The notes below the pieces were generated by a model. The model had not been told where the DNA came from and searched no databases. It saw only the letters and a list, made by a program, of their open reading frames with translations. Positions 26,102 to 39,299 of a stretch of 64,000 bases of DNA are shown here, one piece after another; the first letter of the stretch is position 1; the number at the start of each line of letters is the position of its first letter. The stretch comes from Octopus vulgaris (Eukaryota). The DNA lies in assembly GCA_951406725.2 (NCBI GenBank), contig OX597815.1:131130001-131194000 (forward strand). The letters run 5' to 3'. The position numbers and the translations under genes are program-made.

Positions 26102-27402
26102 ACTACCTATCTGTTTTCATCCATTCATCCATTTATCTTACGCACACATTTGTATTTGTTAGCTACCCAACCAGCTATATAAATAAAGAACCAATGACAA
26201 ACAGGAAGAAAGAATATAATCGGTGATTCATAGGCAACTTATTGTGCTAACAAATACAAAGACAAAGGCAAATATAAAGATAAATAGCAAACGAAATAGA
26301 AAGATTACTTAAATGACTTAAAAGCTAACTAGATAGAAGGAAGATAGGCTAATGAATTAAAAGATATTTATATAGTGCTTACTTGTTAAAAATATAAGCT
26401 TCAATAGAAACACATTGAAACACGGTAATGGAAAAATTGTTATCCATTATCATTTTAATATTTGAAGCTAAGCACTGTATAAAAATGATATAAAATGCAG
26501 CAATATTGTTTAATGTGTTAAAGTAAAATTACTCAACTCCACCTGTACAATATTCATCACGTTATATTAACTGATTTCCATAAATTATTCAGCTTAATAT
26601 AATAAGGAGAAGTTTAAATGCCACGATTTCTTGTAAACAGGTTAATTGGGAAATAAATAAATTTCAGCTGGTTACAGCCCTTTTAAATGATTAATAAAGT
26701 GAAATGGTGCATTCTCCCGATGATCATATTTAACAGCCTAAATAAAGTGTTGGCAACATCTGAGTTCTCCAAGCATCAAGTAGTGATCACAAGATGGTGC
26801 AATTTGCCACTGTAAGCTGTAGCTGCCCTGAAAATATATATTATAAAGTAAAGTCTATTTACCAACGTAAAGTGATAGTCCTGTTTAGGACGATATTACT
26901 ACTATTTAGCCACAGGAAAACATCTATAATGAAATTGAAGGCTTGTGATATCTGTGGAGTATCTCCTTCTCCCATTATAATTGTTTTGTAGTTTCAAGGA
27001 GCTGGAACGGATCGCTGATTTGTGACGTCCGTGCGAAACGAGGTGACGAGAATGGTCCCTTAGTTCATCACGCGATCAAAACAATAAATATAAACAGAAT
27101 AATGCATATATGTGCCAGAGGGAAATACGTATGACAGGCTCTCGTAAGAGACTCAGCCGGATAGAATGTTTAAGAGAAGATTTATTGATATGTCAACATA
27201 TGTGATTACGTGTGCGTCATATATACAGAATAGTAGACAGGCCGTCATAAGAATAAGAAGGATGCGTGTGTATGTAGGTACAGATGTATACGTGTTAAGA
27301 ACATATAAGGATGGCGATGAAGAAGAGACAGTGAAAGAGTCTGTAGCCATCGAAGTGAGGAGTAAGTTTATAGACACAAGAATGTGTTCATAGCCAATTG
27401 TA

Positions 27403-28662
27403 CGAGGGACGCTCAATAAGTAATGCCCCTGACCCACTTGCAGTTGTTTGATCTAGCTGAAATTTTGCATGTGCAATTATTCATATCTCTACAGATTAAG
27501 TAGTAAATTACAGCTCTGTACTAATTGTGGTTTCTGATTTACAGGTGTTTGAGCTGAGTCAAGTGTGAAATGGAACCTGTTGAGTGTCGAGCAGTGATCC
27601 AGTTTTTGTATTTGAAAGGACGCACACCACGGGAGACCTTTGATGAAATGAAAGTAACTTATGGTGATGATGCCCCATCATATGACCTTGTAAAATGCTG
27701 GCATCATGAATTTAAACATGGTCGGAACTCTGTGGAAACAGCTCCCAGATCTGGTCGCCCCCCTTCTGCCATTGATGAGGCATTTGTCCGTCAAGTTGAG
27801 GCTGCCATTTTGGAAGATCGACGCATAACTATTCGCCAAATAGCCCATGAGGTCAAGATTAGTACCGGGTCTGTGGAAACTATCATTCATGACCATTTGC
27901 ATATGCAAAAGGTGTCTGTCAGATGGATACCCAGGTTGCTCACACCTTTCCAGAAGCAAGAACGCGTCGAGTGCTCGAGGAGGAATTTGGAGATGTACCA
28001 AGAAGATGAGTCAAAATTTTTCAAAAGACTAATTACACAGGATGAAACCTGGGTCCATCACTATGATCCAGAGACCAAAGTCCAGTCAATGCAGTGACAG
28101 CACCGTGACTCACCTCCTCCAAAGAAGGCAAGGGTGCAGCCCTCCGCTGGCAAGGTCATGCTCACATTCTTCTGGGACCAGAACGGAGTAGTGATGACAA
28201 ATTTCCTGGCAAAGGGTACCACAATTACAGGAGCCTGAGGAAATTAAGAGAAGCTATCAAAATCAAGAGGCGGGGCAAGATCAGCAAAGGCATCCTCCTC
28301 CTTCAGGACAACGCTCCGGTCCACAACTCGCGTGTCGCCAGATCTGAAGCACAGGCGTGCGGCTATGAACTCCTCCCCTGACCTTGCACCCTCTGATTTT
28401 CACCTCTTCCCAGCCATGAAGTTGTTTTTGAAAGGAAAGCGTTTCCCAGATGATGCAGCCTTGATTTCTGAAGTCACGTCGTGGTTGGAGGACCAAGCTG
28501 GGGTCTTCTACAAAAACGGTCTCCAGAGCTGCATCAAACAATGGGAGAAATGCGTAACTCTGGGTGCTTCCTATGTAGAACAGGACTAATAACTGTTCCA
28601 AGTTTCGTTACTCTACTGTTATGGGAAGTGGGTCAGGGGCGTTACTTATTGAACGCCCCTCG
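27403..28662 (+). mobile_element. Full-length mariner (DD34D type) element, inactive
   Basis: TA duplication at 27401-02 and 28663-64; ~37-bp TIRs CGAGGG(A/G)CG(C/T)TCAATAAGTAA(T/C)GCCCCTGACCCACTT. Confidence 0.97.
27570..28589 (+). pseudogene. Mariner transposase pseudogene
   Basis: HTH region (RSGRP, WIPRLLT), TQDETWVHHYDP, QDNAPVH, PDLAPSDFHLF; premature TGA at 28095-97 and small deletions. Confidence 0.95.
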
Positions 28663-29818
28663 TACCTGATAGTTGAAATACTGTAGCAAGAAGTTGCAGC
28701 GATGATGCAGAGCCGGTTGCGGTACATGTCGTACGTGAAGTTGTGGTTGTAATGCTGTTGCCCAGGTCACTTGGTACAGGAGTTCTTGCAGGTTGTATAT
28801 TCACTGTTGATCCATGGTGAAGTAATTCACGAACAGAGCAATGTTGTAACCTGGGCGAGTGCATAGAGAGATGCTGACGTTAGGACGAATGGTGGCGACG
28901 GAGATGGAGGTCGCTGAATGCTGTTGGACGAAGGTGGTGAGTCTCCATATGGCTGCTGTTGTGTTGTTGGTGGAATTGGCTGTGTGTTGTGTGGTCAGTG
29001 GCTAGACCTTAAAAGGTCTGGAACCGAAAGACCTCGAGACGAGGTAAAGTTAGGTTTTTATAAGGAGTTGTAGGCTCAAAGCCGGGTAGAAAACAGGCTG
29101 TCACACGTAACCTTATTTGAAGGCTGCAATTTGTTGGGTTGCATATTGGCGCGAATAGAGTAAGAGACAAATTTTGCCAATACCAACCAATCAGAGTAGT
29201 GGACACAACAGGGTACAAAATGCGGATATATGTATATATAATAGAGAGGAGAAGAATCTCACTCAAGTGCACGCTACACATCTTTTCTAGCTGGCTACCG
29301 ACACATCATCTGTGTCCGTATACTGTGAGCAAGGGAGTGAATGCTCCCACTCCAGCCTTAGCGATATCTGCAGACCAATGGTTTCTGGATTATTTCTTTT
29401 CCTCCGTGCAGGACAATTGCTGGCTAGAGATGGTAGCGACTCGCATCGCTCACAATACATACTTTTAAAGGGACACGCTGTCACTGATCTAGTACGGCAC
29501 CGAGGAAGGGAAATAACCCAGGAACCATTGGTCAGCAGGTATCGCTAAGGCTAGAGTGAGAGCATTAGCTCCCTTGCTCACAATATACGGACACAGACGA
29601 TGTGTCGGTAGCCAGCTGGAAAAGATGTTTTGCTGGGGCTAAATAATAGTAACATCGTCTCAAGCAGGACTGCCATTTTACGTTGGCAAATAGACTTTAC
29701 TATCCAGTACTGTTACTCCATATATCTCGCTCAGAGATTTAAAACAAGTTACATATTAAAAATAGAAATAATACATTTCTAAATCTCTCAGAGAGACTTA
29801 TGCAGTTGCAGCACGATT

Positions 29819-30072
29819 AAGTGATAGTATGTTGTCAACTTAATATGACAGTCCCATGAAAGGGAAGAATCCTACTGTTATTTAGCCCTAGGAAACACCT
29901 TTCCTGTTGGACTCGACACATTTCCTGTGTCCATATGTTTTCAAAGTGGAAACATAAGAACACAGGAAATGTGTCAAGTCCAGCAGGAAATGGTGTTTAA
30001 TAGGGCTAAATAACAGTAGCATTGTTCCCTTCCATGGGACTGTCACAGTAAGTTGACATCATACTATCACTT
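29819..30072. mobile_element. Palindromic MITE
   Basis: AAGTGATAGTATGTTGTCAACTTA... pairs with ...TAAGTTGACATCATACTATCACTT over almost the full length; shares the CTACTGTTATTTAGCCC motif with neighbouring MITEs. Confidence 0.8.
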
Positions 30073-30241
30073 TAAGTTACATGTTGTTCTGCTAAAATGT
30101 GTACCGTTTATTTCCTGCAGAAACATACCTACATCCTTTCTCATTTGTGTTGATGTCTGCGTTGCATTCTTCCCATAGAAAGAAGGCAGCTACATTTTAT
30201 CCAATTATGTAAGGCTCTGAAGAAATATCTATCTGTCTGTA

Positions 30242-30344
<103 letters not shown>

Positions 30345-30919
30345 ATGTCTGGCTGGCTGGCTGGCTGTCTGTCTGTCTGTCTGTCTGTCTGTCAGCATGA
30401 CGAAATATTTACTTGTCTGTCAATCTGTCTGTCTAACTGTATATTTATCTGTGTTGATCTGTGCATCAGATATTAAAAATTGTAGCTGTGGTAAAAAAAA
30501 AAGATCCAAAGTGTTTTTACCTACGATGGCTCAACAATTTTCTGTAGTCGTACAAAGAACAGAGAGTATAAAACATATGTTGGAAGACTGATGCCACGAA
30601 TTAGTGAGACAATCATTAGATGTGGGAAATATGCAGAGGATAAGAGAAATGAGTTGAACATGGTTTGTTGGATAACAACCCTAATTTGCATATAATGTGG
30701 AGCTCTGAGAATGTTGTTTTGCCTCTTTTACAGGAGACATCAGCTGATGAGTCATAAAGAGGTCTCCGTATCTGTAGTTTAGATATGTATTGCAAAAGGA
30801 TTGTGAGAGGTGAGTGAGAAAGGGCTCCACAGACTAAGAAAAAGTAACTGTGGCACATACACACACACGCTCGCGCGCGCACACACAGACACGTACACAG
30901 GTACACACACACACACACA

Positions 30920-31084
30920 CATAGTAAAGGTTATCTGCCAATCTAATGAGGTAGTACCGGTTGGGATGAACACTACTGTTGTTTAGCCTCAGAAGACATC
31001 GTGATAGATTCTGTATCGTATAGCCAGCTGGAGACGTTGTATCCTGGGGCTAAACAACAGTAGCATTCGTCCCAGCCGGGACTA
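30920..31084. mobile_element. Truncated MITE of the same family, abutted by a SINE
   Basis: ATAGTAAAG terminus; CTACTGTTGTTTAGCC...GGCTAAACAACAGTAG inverted arms; a family-A SINE starts at 31085. Confidence 0.65.
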
Positions 31085-31612
31085 GGCGCAGGAGTGGCTG
31101 TGTGGTTGTTAGCTTGCTTACCAACCACATGGTTCCGGGTTCAGTCATACTGCGTGACACCTTGGGCAAGTGTCTTCTATCACAGCCTCGGGCCGACCAA
31201 AGCCTTTTGAGTGGATTTGATAGATAGAAACTGAAAGAAGCCTGTCTGCTTGAAACGTAAAACCACCTTTCTTTCCTTCCTTGAGTGTCTACTAATACTT
31301 TGCATGTACCGCGTCCTCGTGTTGTGTTTTTCTTGTGTTTGCTCTTCGTTTTTTTTTTGTATTTACTAAATGTATACACACACACACACACACACACATT
31401 TGTGTCTGTGTTTGTCCCTCTACCATCGCTTGAAAACCGATGCTGGTGTGTTTACGTCTTCGTAACTTAGTGGTTCGTCAAAAGAAAGCGATAGAATAAG
31501 TACTAGGTTTACAAAGAATGTGTCCAGCGGTCGATTTGTTCGACTAATGGCGGTGCTCCAGCATGGCCGCAGTCAAATGATTGAAGCAAATAAAACAAGC
31601 AAAAGAACGAAA

Positions 31613-32453
31613 GTTGTTGTTGGCATCCTTTTTGTCCCGGGAGACAATGGAGTTGCACATAAAATAATTTTGTCCGGTTTTATATTTCATGTCCTAATAC
31701 ATCTCCTGCCGTCGCTGTGTAGTCCTATCCTGGACAAACACTCCCTCTGGCAGGTGCCGCAAATATAGCTAAGACTTTGCCTGGCTGGTTGTAATGTCAT
31801 ACTTTCTTGTTGACGTCTTTTCTTGTCTTTCCATCCCCCCTCTCTCTCTGTCACTCCTTTGTGTTCCTTCTTTTACGGTACGTCGCCAATCTCTACAGTT
31901 GCTGGGAACTGCTTCCCAGTTGTTAATATTGATGTTGCAGGCCTCCATGTCCCTTTTGCAAACATACGTGTATCGTAAGAACGGTCTTCCCACAGACCTA
32001 GTGCCCCTAGCAAGCTCTCCGTAGAGTATGTCATTGGGGATTCTACCATCTTCCATACGACTAACATGTCCAAGCCATCTCATACGTCTTTGTGTGAGGA
32101 GTGCAAACATGCTTGGTATTCCTGCTTGCTTGAGGACATCTTTGTTGGGGACATGATTCTGCCACTTGATACCAAGGATTTTCCGGAAGCAGCGCAGGTG
32201 AAAGATATTTAGGCGACGCTCTTGGCGTGTGTATGGCGTTCAAGTCTCACTTCCATACAGTAGAGTGCTAAGTTCACATGCCTGGTAAATCTTCATTTTT
32301 GTGGTTTTGGTCAGCATGTTGTTGTTCCATGCCCGTTTGGAGAGTTGGGCCATCACAATGCGTATATTGAGCTCAGCATCAAGGGATAGGTTGTAGGCGA
32401 CAGTAGAGCCAAGATAGGTAAACTTATCCACCTCCTGTAGTCTGTGGTCTCCA

Positions 32454-32457
<4 letters not shown>
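31613..32457 (-). mobile_element. RTE (BovB-like) LINE, 5'-truncated
   Basis: DKFTYLGSTV, TLLYGSET, QRRMRWLGHVSRMEDGRIPNDILYGEL, terminal ICGTCQRECLSRIGLHS and (CAA)n tail. Confidence 0.92.
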
Positions 32458-32524
<67 letters not shown>

Positions 32525-32527
<3 letters not shown>

Positions 32528-32709
32528 GTCATATCATGACAACAAAAGAATGAGACTTCAATATTATATATCGACTACTGGCCTTTTTGGGTCTGGCAAC
32601 GATCGTGGTAACATCAACATTTTTTTCTCTGCCCCAAGGCACATTCCTAACACGCCAGCTGAGTTTAATTCGTCTGGTCGAAAGACGCCTGTTTGTGATG
32701 TCCTGTTAA

Positions 32710-32743
<34 letters not shown>

Positions 32744-33105
32744 GTTGTTGTTGTTGTTGTTGTTGTTATTATTATTATTGTTTTTACGTATCATTATTAT
32801 TGTTTTTACGTATTATTATTATTATTGTTTTTACGTATTATTTTTGTATTTATATTCGTGTAACATCGTCCGTTTTTCCGTCCTTGTTTTGTATACATTC
32901 GAAGCTTTCTTCCAAGGAATCTAATGCGCTTAGCTTAGTTTTTCCTTGGGACTGGCCAGACTGGAGCAATCTCAAGATTAATCAGTCGAAATTGCGAGGA
33001 TGATCCGGTTCTTGACTGAAGATTGAAGTCTTCGAATGTCCCGTCCGTGTTTTTTGTATCGTCTCCTAAATGTTTTGCGTTCTTGTCCCAGTTTGTATTA
33101 TATAT
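32525..33105. mobile_element. Unclassified (TA)n-embedded repeat, possibly a Penelope pseudo-LTR remnant
   Basis: Bounded by (TA)n; T-rich strand bias; degenerate CGAAA-containing motifs; internal (ATT)n/(GTT)n run. Confidence 0.3.
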
Positions 33106-33549
33106 ATATATTATATATATCCACACACACATATACACGCATATATATGAGTAAATGTCTTGACGTACAATGTCTATGCTTATCTTTAACTCTTTCGTTC
33201 TCTATTGAAATACTAAACTGGCATTTGTTAGAATATTACGCTTCGTCGTAGTGTTCTTTTTGTATGCTTTCAAAAATTATAAATATTATTTCAATTTGCT
33301 TTCAATTTGATCTGTTTCGGGTTTTCTTGATAACATTGTGTCAGCGTAAGGCTTCAGATATATTCGTTTCACTGGTATTTCGTATTTTTTTTAGTTCTCT
33401 ATATAAATAAGCGGCAAAAACAGAAACGATAATCGGTCCTTTATGGTACAATCTTCAAATTAAGATGTAATTTTCTCCATTCTTGGTCATGTTGTTGATA
33501 TATAATTCGGATTTCTCGAAATAATTCTGAGCAATATTTGGATTTATCA

Positions 33550-34270
33550 TACACAAGGAATTACCCCGGATGTTAAGGAAGCTGTAAAGGAAAGGTAGAT
33601 GAGAAATTCAGCTGCTGCGGAAAGGTATTTTCTAGTTAAAACGGGTTTAGAATTCACCAAGGGAAGGTGTGTCAGAAGAAAGTGATTCGACAGCGCGTGT
33701 TGCAAAACCAGATGTGTGGCCAGACCCTCCCGGGAAGAAACCATAGCGAGGTCATTCCACAATTGAATCGGAACAGCCAAGAAAAGAGATAGGCATGAAG
33801 AAGCCAAAGATTAATTGACCGAAGGCAAATGATGCAGCTAGCTATAAGAAATTCGATGACGATGTAGTAAGAATGACGACCAAATTCAAAGGGGATTACA
33901 AACAAGAGCTCGAGAACTTGGCCAATATAATCTATCAGGAAGGAGAGAAATGATTTGGACAGCGAAGCTGATAGAAATAAAGTACTCTCAGAAATGTTCG
34001 GACTGAAGAAACCACCTGAACCAAGGGTACCATTCGATTTAAGGGGAATTTGGCAGGATGGTCATTCGTCCGCTGACATTTGTTGACGCTGCATCGAAGA
34101 AACCAAAGACCAAAAGAAAAAAGAAAGAAAAACGCACTCAACACCAGAGCTAAAGACACCTCCGAAGTAGGGCCCGAAACCGGACATGGTTCCTCCTGAT
34201 GATGTCTTTAGCCACTGGACCCTGTGAAGGAGCTGTTGAGGTAGCGAACCACGAATGAATTTATTAATCC
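33550..34270 (+). mobile_element. Internally deleted HERO-like (RLE non-LTR) element
   Basis: N-terminal zinc finger CCGKV...GFRIHQGKVC, then KIN*PKANDAASYKKFDDDV...IIYQEGEK*FG, followed shortly by a HERO-like 3' end (CCCGAAAC...CTGATGATGTC). Confidence 0.6.
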
Positions 34271-34551
34271 CTTTTACCTGTTATTACATACTCTATATAA
34301 ATGTATGTATGACATGTGTATGTATGTCGTATACATATATACAAACACCGTGTAATTCTGTAATTCTCAGAAACACATTTATGAAGACCACAAATCAATA
34401 AAGAACGTTATACATTATAAACGCAGAGTACATATTCTTTTATTAAAATATAATAATGGTCTATGTATTATACTGTATGCATGTATGTATGTATGTATGT
34501 ATGTATGTATGTATGTATGTATGTATGTATGTATGTATGTATGTATGTATG

Positions 34552-34757
34552 TGCAGATTTGTGTGTTTTACGTATATATTCTCCTACATATTGTTACATA
34601 TCTAGACATGTTCATATATATCTAAATGATAAATTTCTGGAAAGTTTTACAGATTTTTACAGTTCCAGTGATGGACTGGATTTGTTGTCTTCGAATCAGC
34701 TTTCTCCTTTCTGGTTTTGGGAAGCCTAATTTCTAGGCAGTGTGTTACATATCCCAT
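34552..34757 (-). mobile_element. 3' fragment of the (CATA)n-associated RLE LINE
   Basis: Reverse-complement match to about 50985-51200; abuts (TATG)n. Confidence 0.85.
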
Positions 34758-35411
34758 GTATGCATATGTATTTATGTGCATGTGTGTGTGTGTGTATGTG
34801 TGTATGTTGTTTGCTGGCTTGAACCAGTATATAGAAAAATAAAGCAGAATATTTGTTTATCTTTTTTACTGCTGCCAGTTTTTACTCTCGTTCTGCTGTC
34901 TTTCTTCCCAACAAGCCACATTACAAATTTATCGAAAAGCTACCTGATGGCATTAACACAGTATGTTTTTCGTCCTGTCATCTTCCCGAAGACTTTGTCA
35001 TCCTTGCCAACGTTTGTTAAATTATTAAACCTACTGTTCACGCATTGTATATTTCTATGTTCACACATAAATAACGAATTAAGTTACAAGTTTCTGCAAT
35101 GGTTCCTCTTTTTACCATTTTGTTTTTGAAACTCTTGGATCTTGTTATCAGTACCATAGGATATAGTACTGCATCTGGGGACAAAATTTGTTTTGTTTTC
35201 TTGCCACGTTCTCGAACCTCCACAGGAAATTACATTAGAGAGGGACTGATACATAGAAGATCTGTGTAATAATTGCTGTTGCATATATCATTTATGAAAA
35301 GAATGGAGAATGTAATTAAATTGAGAATTAATGTGTCTTTGTATGAGAAATATAAATTGTTTTTCTTATTTAATTTGACAAGAACCGGTGTAATTCTATA
35401 CGTTATATATA

Positions 35412-35675
35412 TAGGGTGTTCAAAAAGTCTCTCCGCAGTGGATCTTTTTTCATCCTGACTCTCCAGGAGTCAGACTCTCCAAGATGTATTTCAAAACATG
35501 TGTAGAAAAGTCAACTTGTGCATTGAAAAATGAAGGATAAGACTTTCAACACCCCTTATAAAGTTTTTTTCAAGTCTTGTAAAGTCCAATATATTCTTTT
35601 GTAGTCTTATACCATCTTATAAATATTTATTTTGCAATAAAATACTTACTACGGAGAGACTTTTTAAACACCCTA
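35412..35675 (+). mobile_element. Tc1/mariner deletion derivative (MITE)
   Basis: TIRs TAGGGTGTTCAAAAAGTCTCTCCG / CGGAGAGACTTTTTAAACACCCTA in (TA)n; internal remnant of a transposase C-terminus (LCIEK...QHPL*). Confidence 0.8.
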
Positions 35676-38600
35676 TATATAATTTTTATATGAATGTAAC
35701 ACACACACAAAAAGAATATAATAGAAAAATTATATACGTATCGTAAATAAGATAGATTTTTATGTTACAGTCACATATTGGTTTCAAATTTTAGCACAAG
35801 GCCAGTCCTTTCGGAGGAGGGGGAGGTGGTTAGTTGATTACATCGACTCCAGTGTTCAACTAGCACTTATCTTATCGATCTTGAAAGGATAAAAAAGCAA
35901 AGTTAACCTCGGCGGAATTTGAACTCAGAACATAAAGACAGATGAAATACCGCTAAGCATTTTGCCTGGCGTGCTAACGTTTCTGCCAGCTTGCCGTCTT
36001 TGTTACATTCATATATTAAATAGTATCTGTGTGTATGTGTGTATGTTTGTATGTATGTATATGTGTGTGTGTGTATTTGTGTGTATATGAGTGTGCGTTT
36101 GTACATGTGTGTGTTTGTGTGTGTGTCTGTGTGTGTATGTGTGTCTGTGTGTTATATTTGTAGCAAGACACGAAGCTGAGTGGTCAAATTACGAAGTTTA
36201 AGTCATGACATACAACAACCTTATTCACACGAGATGTCGAGTTATTGACCAATTAGCAGCCAGACATCACGTGAAAGATCATTCTAGACGGTCCTAAAAC
36301 ATTTCCTACCAAGATTATATAAAGGCTTGTTTTTAGCGCCAACTTTCAGAGTGCATGATAACCTGCGACCTTGCTTCACACTTTCACTTGCCGTTTCAAA
36401 TAATCATTTACACGACTTTTTGCTCAGCATAGATATATTGATACCATTGGCCAATAGGAATCTACTATGTGTATTTTTTCCTGTCTTAACAAACTTTAAT
36501 ACAGAGCTTTGTAATCAACTATTTATGAACGCTACTGAGTTATTCTTTCAATTGTGTTGACATATTGTCGAACTATATAATTCATGACCAACCTCAAAAT
36601 TACTTGTGCAGCGAAATAAAAGTTACTATTAAATGTTTGCTTGGTGTTGTTATATCATTCACACGCAGCCTCATAAGCATACCATAGAAACAACATATGT
36701 AATACCTTTTTACATATTATATATGTTGTTAAAAAGAAAGAAGCAAGAAGAGGTATATTACGGAACTTAGCAACTTCTTTCTCAAGAAATGCGTTAAGGA
36801 AAGCGTGGAGGAAAGTGGCTTGTCTGTATTTTTCAATTGGATGAAGAAATGGGATGGCTCCATCTGGTGCATATCAGAATGTGTGTTCCACCAGCTGGAT
36901 CAGGGCATACATTTGGCCTTCGTCTTCTCCTTGTTTCACATAACGAGCAAGAAAACAGACACAGCCGGTACATCACACTTCCACAGAGAGGCTGATATTG
37001 CAGCACATTGGGAAAGAGAATACGAGAGCCAACCTTTGCTTATTTGTCACTTTAACGGCATGGTACGAGGGCAGGTGGTTTCTTGTAACAAAACGTGGTT
37101 GAAAGATCCTATATGTGAGTGTTAGACTCCATATTTATTTTATGTACTGAATTTTAAATACTTTAGTACATTGTATTACATTTTGCTGCATCCATACCTT
37201 TTATCATACACGTAAGTCCCAACATGGTTATTTAACTCTTTTTGCATGACACATTTTGTATTGCTTGTAAATTGCTACGCTGGCAATAACAACCGGATTA
37301 CTATTGGTATTATTATTAAAGGATTGATTGCTTTTAAAATTAAATTAGACACTTAACAATGGCTTCAAATTTTGGCACAAGGCCAGCGATTTCAGTGAGA
37401 AAGGATTAGTTGATTACATCTATCATAGTACTTGATGTGCGCGACATGGTGGTCTCACATCGAGATAAACAGCACATGACCTTACAGGAGGCGTCCACTT
37501 AAAATGCTCTTCAGGTTGAGTAGCCCATCCCGCTCAAAAGGTTCCTGAATAAGGGTTGTTTAAGGATATTGAACGAAATACCCATGTTTCCAGAGGTGAA
37601 ATATTCAAACCCCAAAGAATTCATCTCAGCAAATGGCTATGATGCTTCCCCGCTACTTCTGCTTGTGATCAGAGATGCACATATCATCCACTCAATAACA
37701 TACTCAAATGGTTAAGGTCAAACAACTGACGAACAAATCTGTTGGATTGAGCAGAATATATTCTTTTATTCTTTTACCTTTATTTGCTTCAGTCTTTGAC
37801 TGCGGCCATGCTGGAGCACCACCTTTAGTCGAACAAATCGAACGCAGGACATTATTTGTAAGCCTTATTCTATCGGTCACTTTTGCCGAACTGCTAAGTT
37901 ACGGGGACGTAAACAAACCAATATTGTTTGTCAAGCGATGGTGGGGGACAAACACACACACATATATACGACGGGCTTCTTTCAGTTTCCGTCTACCAAA
38001 TCCACTCACAAGGTTTTGGCCGGCCCGAGGCTATAGTAGAAGACACTTGCCCAAGATGCCACGCAGTGGGACTGAAGCGGGAGCCATGTGGTTGGTAAGC
38101 AAGCTACTTACCACACAGCCACTCCTGCACCTATCCACACAGCTATCTAGAAAAAAACATGTACATGATAACACTTCCAATCAGTTAAGATCAGAAGCCA
38201 TGAGAGCCACTGCCTTGTACTGCATCAGGGCAAATAATAACCATAATAATCACAACTATTTATCATCTATTTTTTAAAATTATTGTACTTATTGTATTTG
38301 AAATGTTGAAGATCGAAGACAGAAAGTGTCTAATTTTGAGGGTACGCGGTAAAACCGAAAAGATTTTATATTTTCTTCAAGTGCAGGGACCAAATAATAT
38401 GGAAATAGTTATTGCATAAAAGCTTCATTAATGTGATTTCTTTATATCTTCAAATAAATACTTGAATTTATCTTTATTACAAATTTTAGGCGAAATCAGT
38501 GTGATGAAAGAGAAGGAAGGTTTCATTCATCCGCTTCTGCTACTGCTGCTGGACACGAGAATGGATTTACTTTAATACAAGGTAAAGGATTATGTACCCG

Positions 38601-39299
38601 CTCTGCTACAACTTTCAAGACATGGTCGACAGTACCTTCGCCAGGAAAAAAAGAAACAAAACCGTTAAGCAAGAAAATAACCGGCACTAAGTTAAAACCA
38701 GAGGTAAAACTTCTTAAAGATAATGTTTAATCAACGGAAAGAAGATGGAAGGAAGCCAAAAGAATTTAAGTCAAGTAACAATAAAATGATTTTGAAGATA
38801 TCTGCTTAATAACTATTCACACACATATAAAACCTTACATATATACATGTATAGACACATATATATATCTATATACCTATATATCTGTGATATATATATA
38901 TATATATACACACAAACATACATACATACATACATACATACATACATACATACATACATACATACATACATAGGCATCTCACACTTTATGGAAGTATCTC
39001 CTTCCTGAAAATTTTGCCGTAATGTGAAATTCCGTAGCATGAATTATATTTTCCCATTTATTTTCATGTTATAAATTAAGACGGGATATTAAAAAAAGCC
39101 CTAAAAGTATTCCAACCCCTTCTATTTTAAGCACAAAAATAATCTTTTAAGACAGACAGTTGAATACGTATACATGAGGCATTTGAAAAGAAATGCGTAA
39201 TAAGTTATATTACAATAGTATTAAAGCACGGTATGTATTCATGACCAAAGATGGTGACTGTTGTGCGATGGTAGGTGATGCAATGTAAGTTATTTAGAG

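Larger units (their letters stand above)
26925..29278 (-). mobile_element. Solo-LTR-like insertion (~1.1 kb excluding the mariner)
   Basis: Bounded by duplicated CATC (26921-24 and 29279-82); plus-strand termini TATA...TACA (TGTA...TACA with one change); minus strand has a TATAAAA box (~29055-29062) and AATAAA (~27181-27186). Confidence 0.65.
26845..29703. mobile_element. Palindromic MITE (~500 bp when rejoined) split by nested insertions
   Basis: Left arm 26845-26924 plus 29279-29410 is the reverse complement of right arm 29497-29703. Confidence 0.8.

Noticed and set aside
34150-34210. Permuted hammerhead in the HERO-like 3' end (GAAA...CTGATGA)
   Set aside because: No room for stem I between the putative cleavage site and CUGAUGA, and stem II is not adjacent to GAAA.
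37708-38277. 189-aa ORF as a gene
   Set aside because: It is the antisense reading of a family-A SINE; the same peptide appears at 2231-2524 and 31050-31397.
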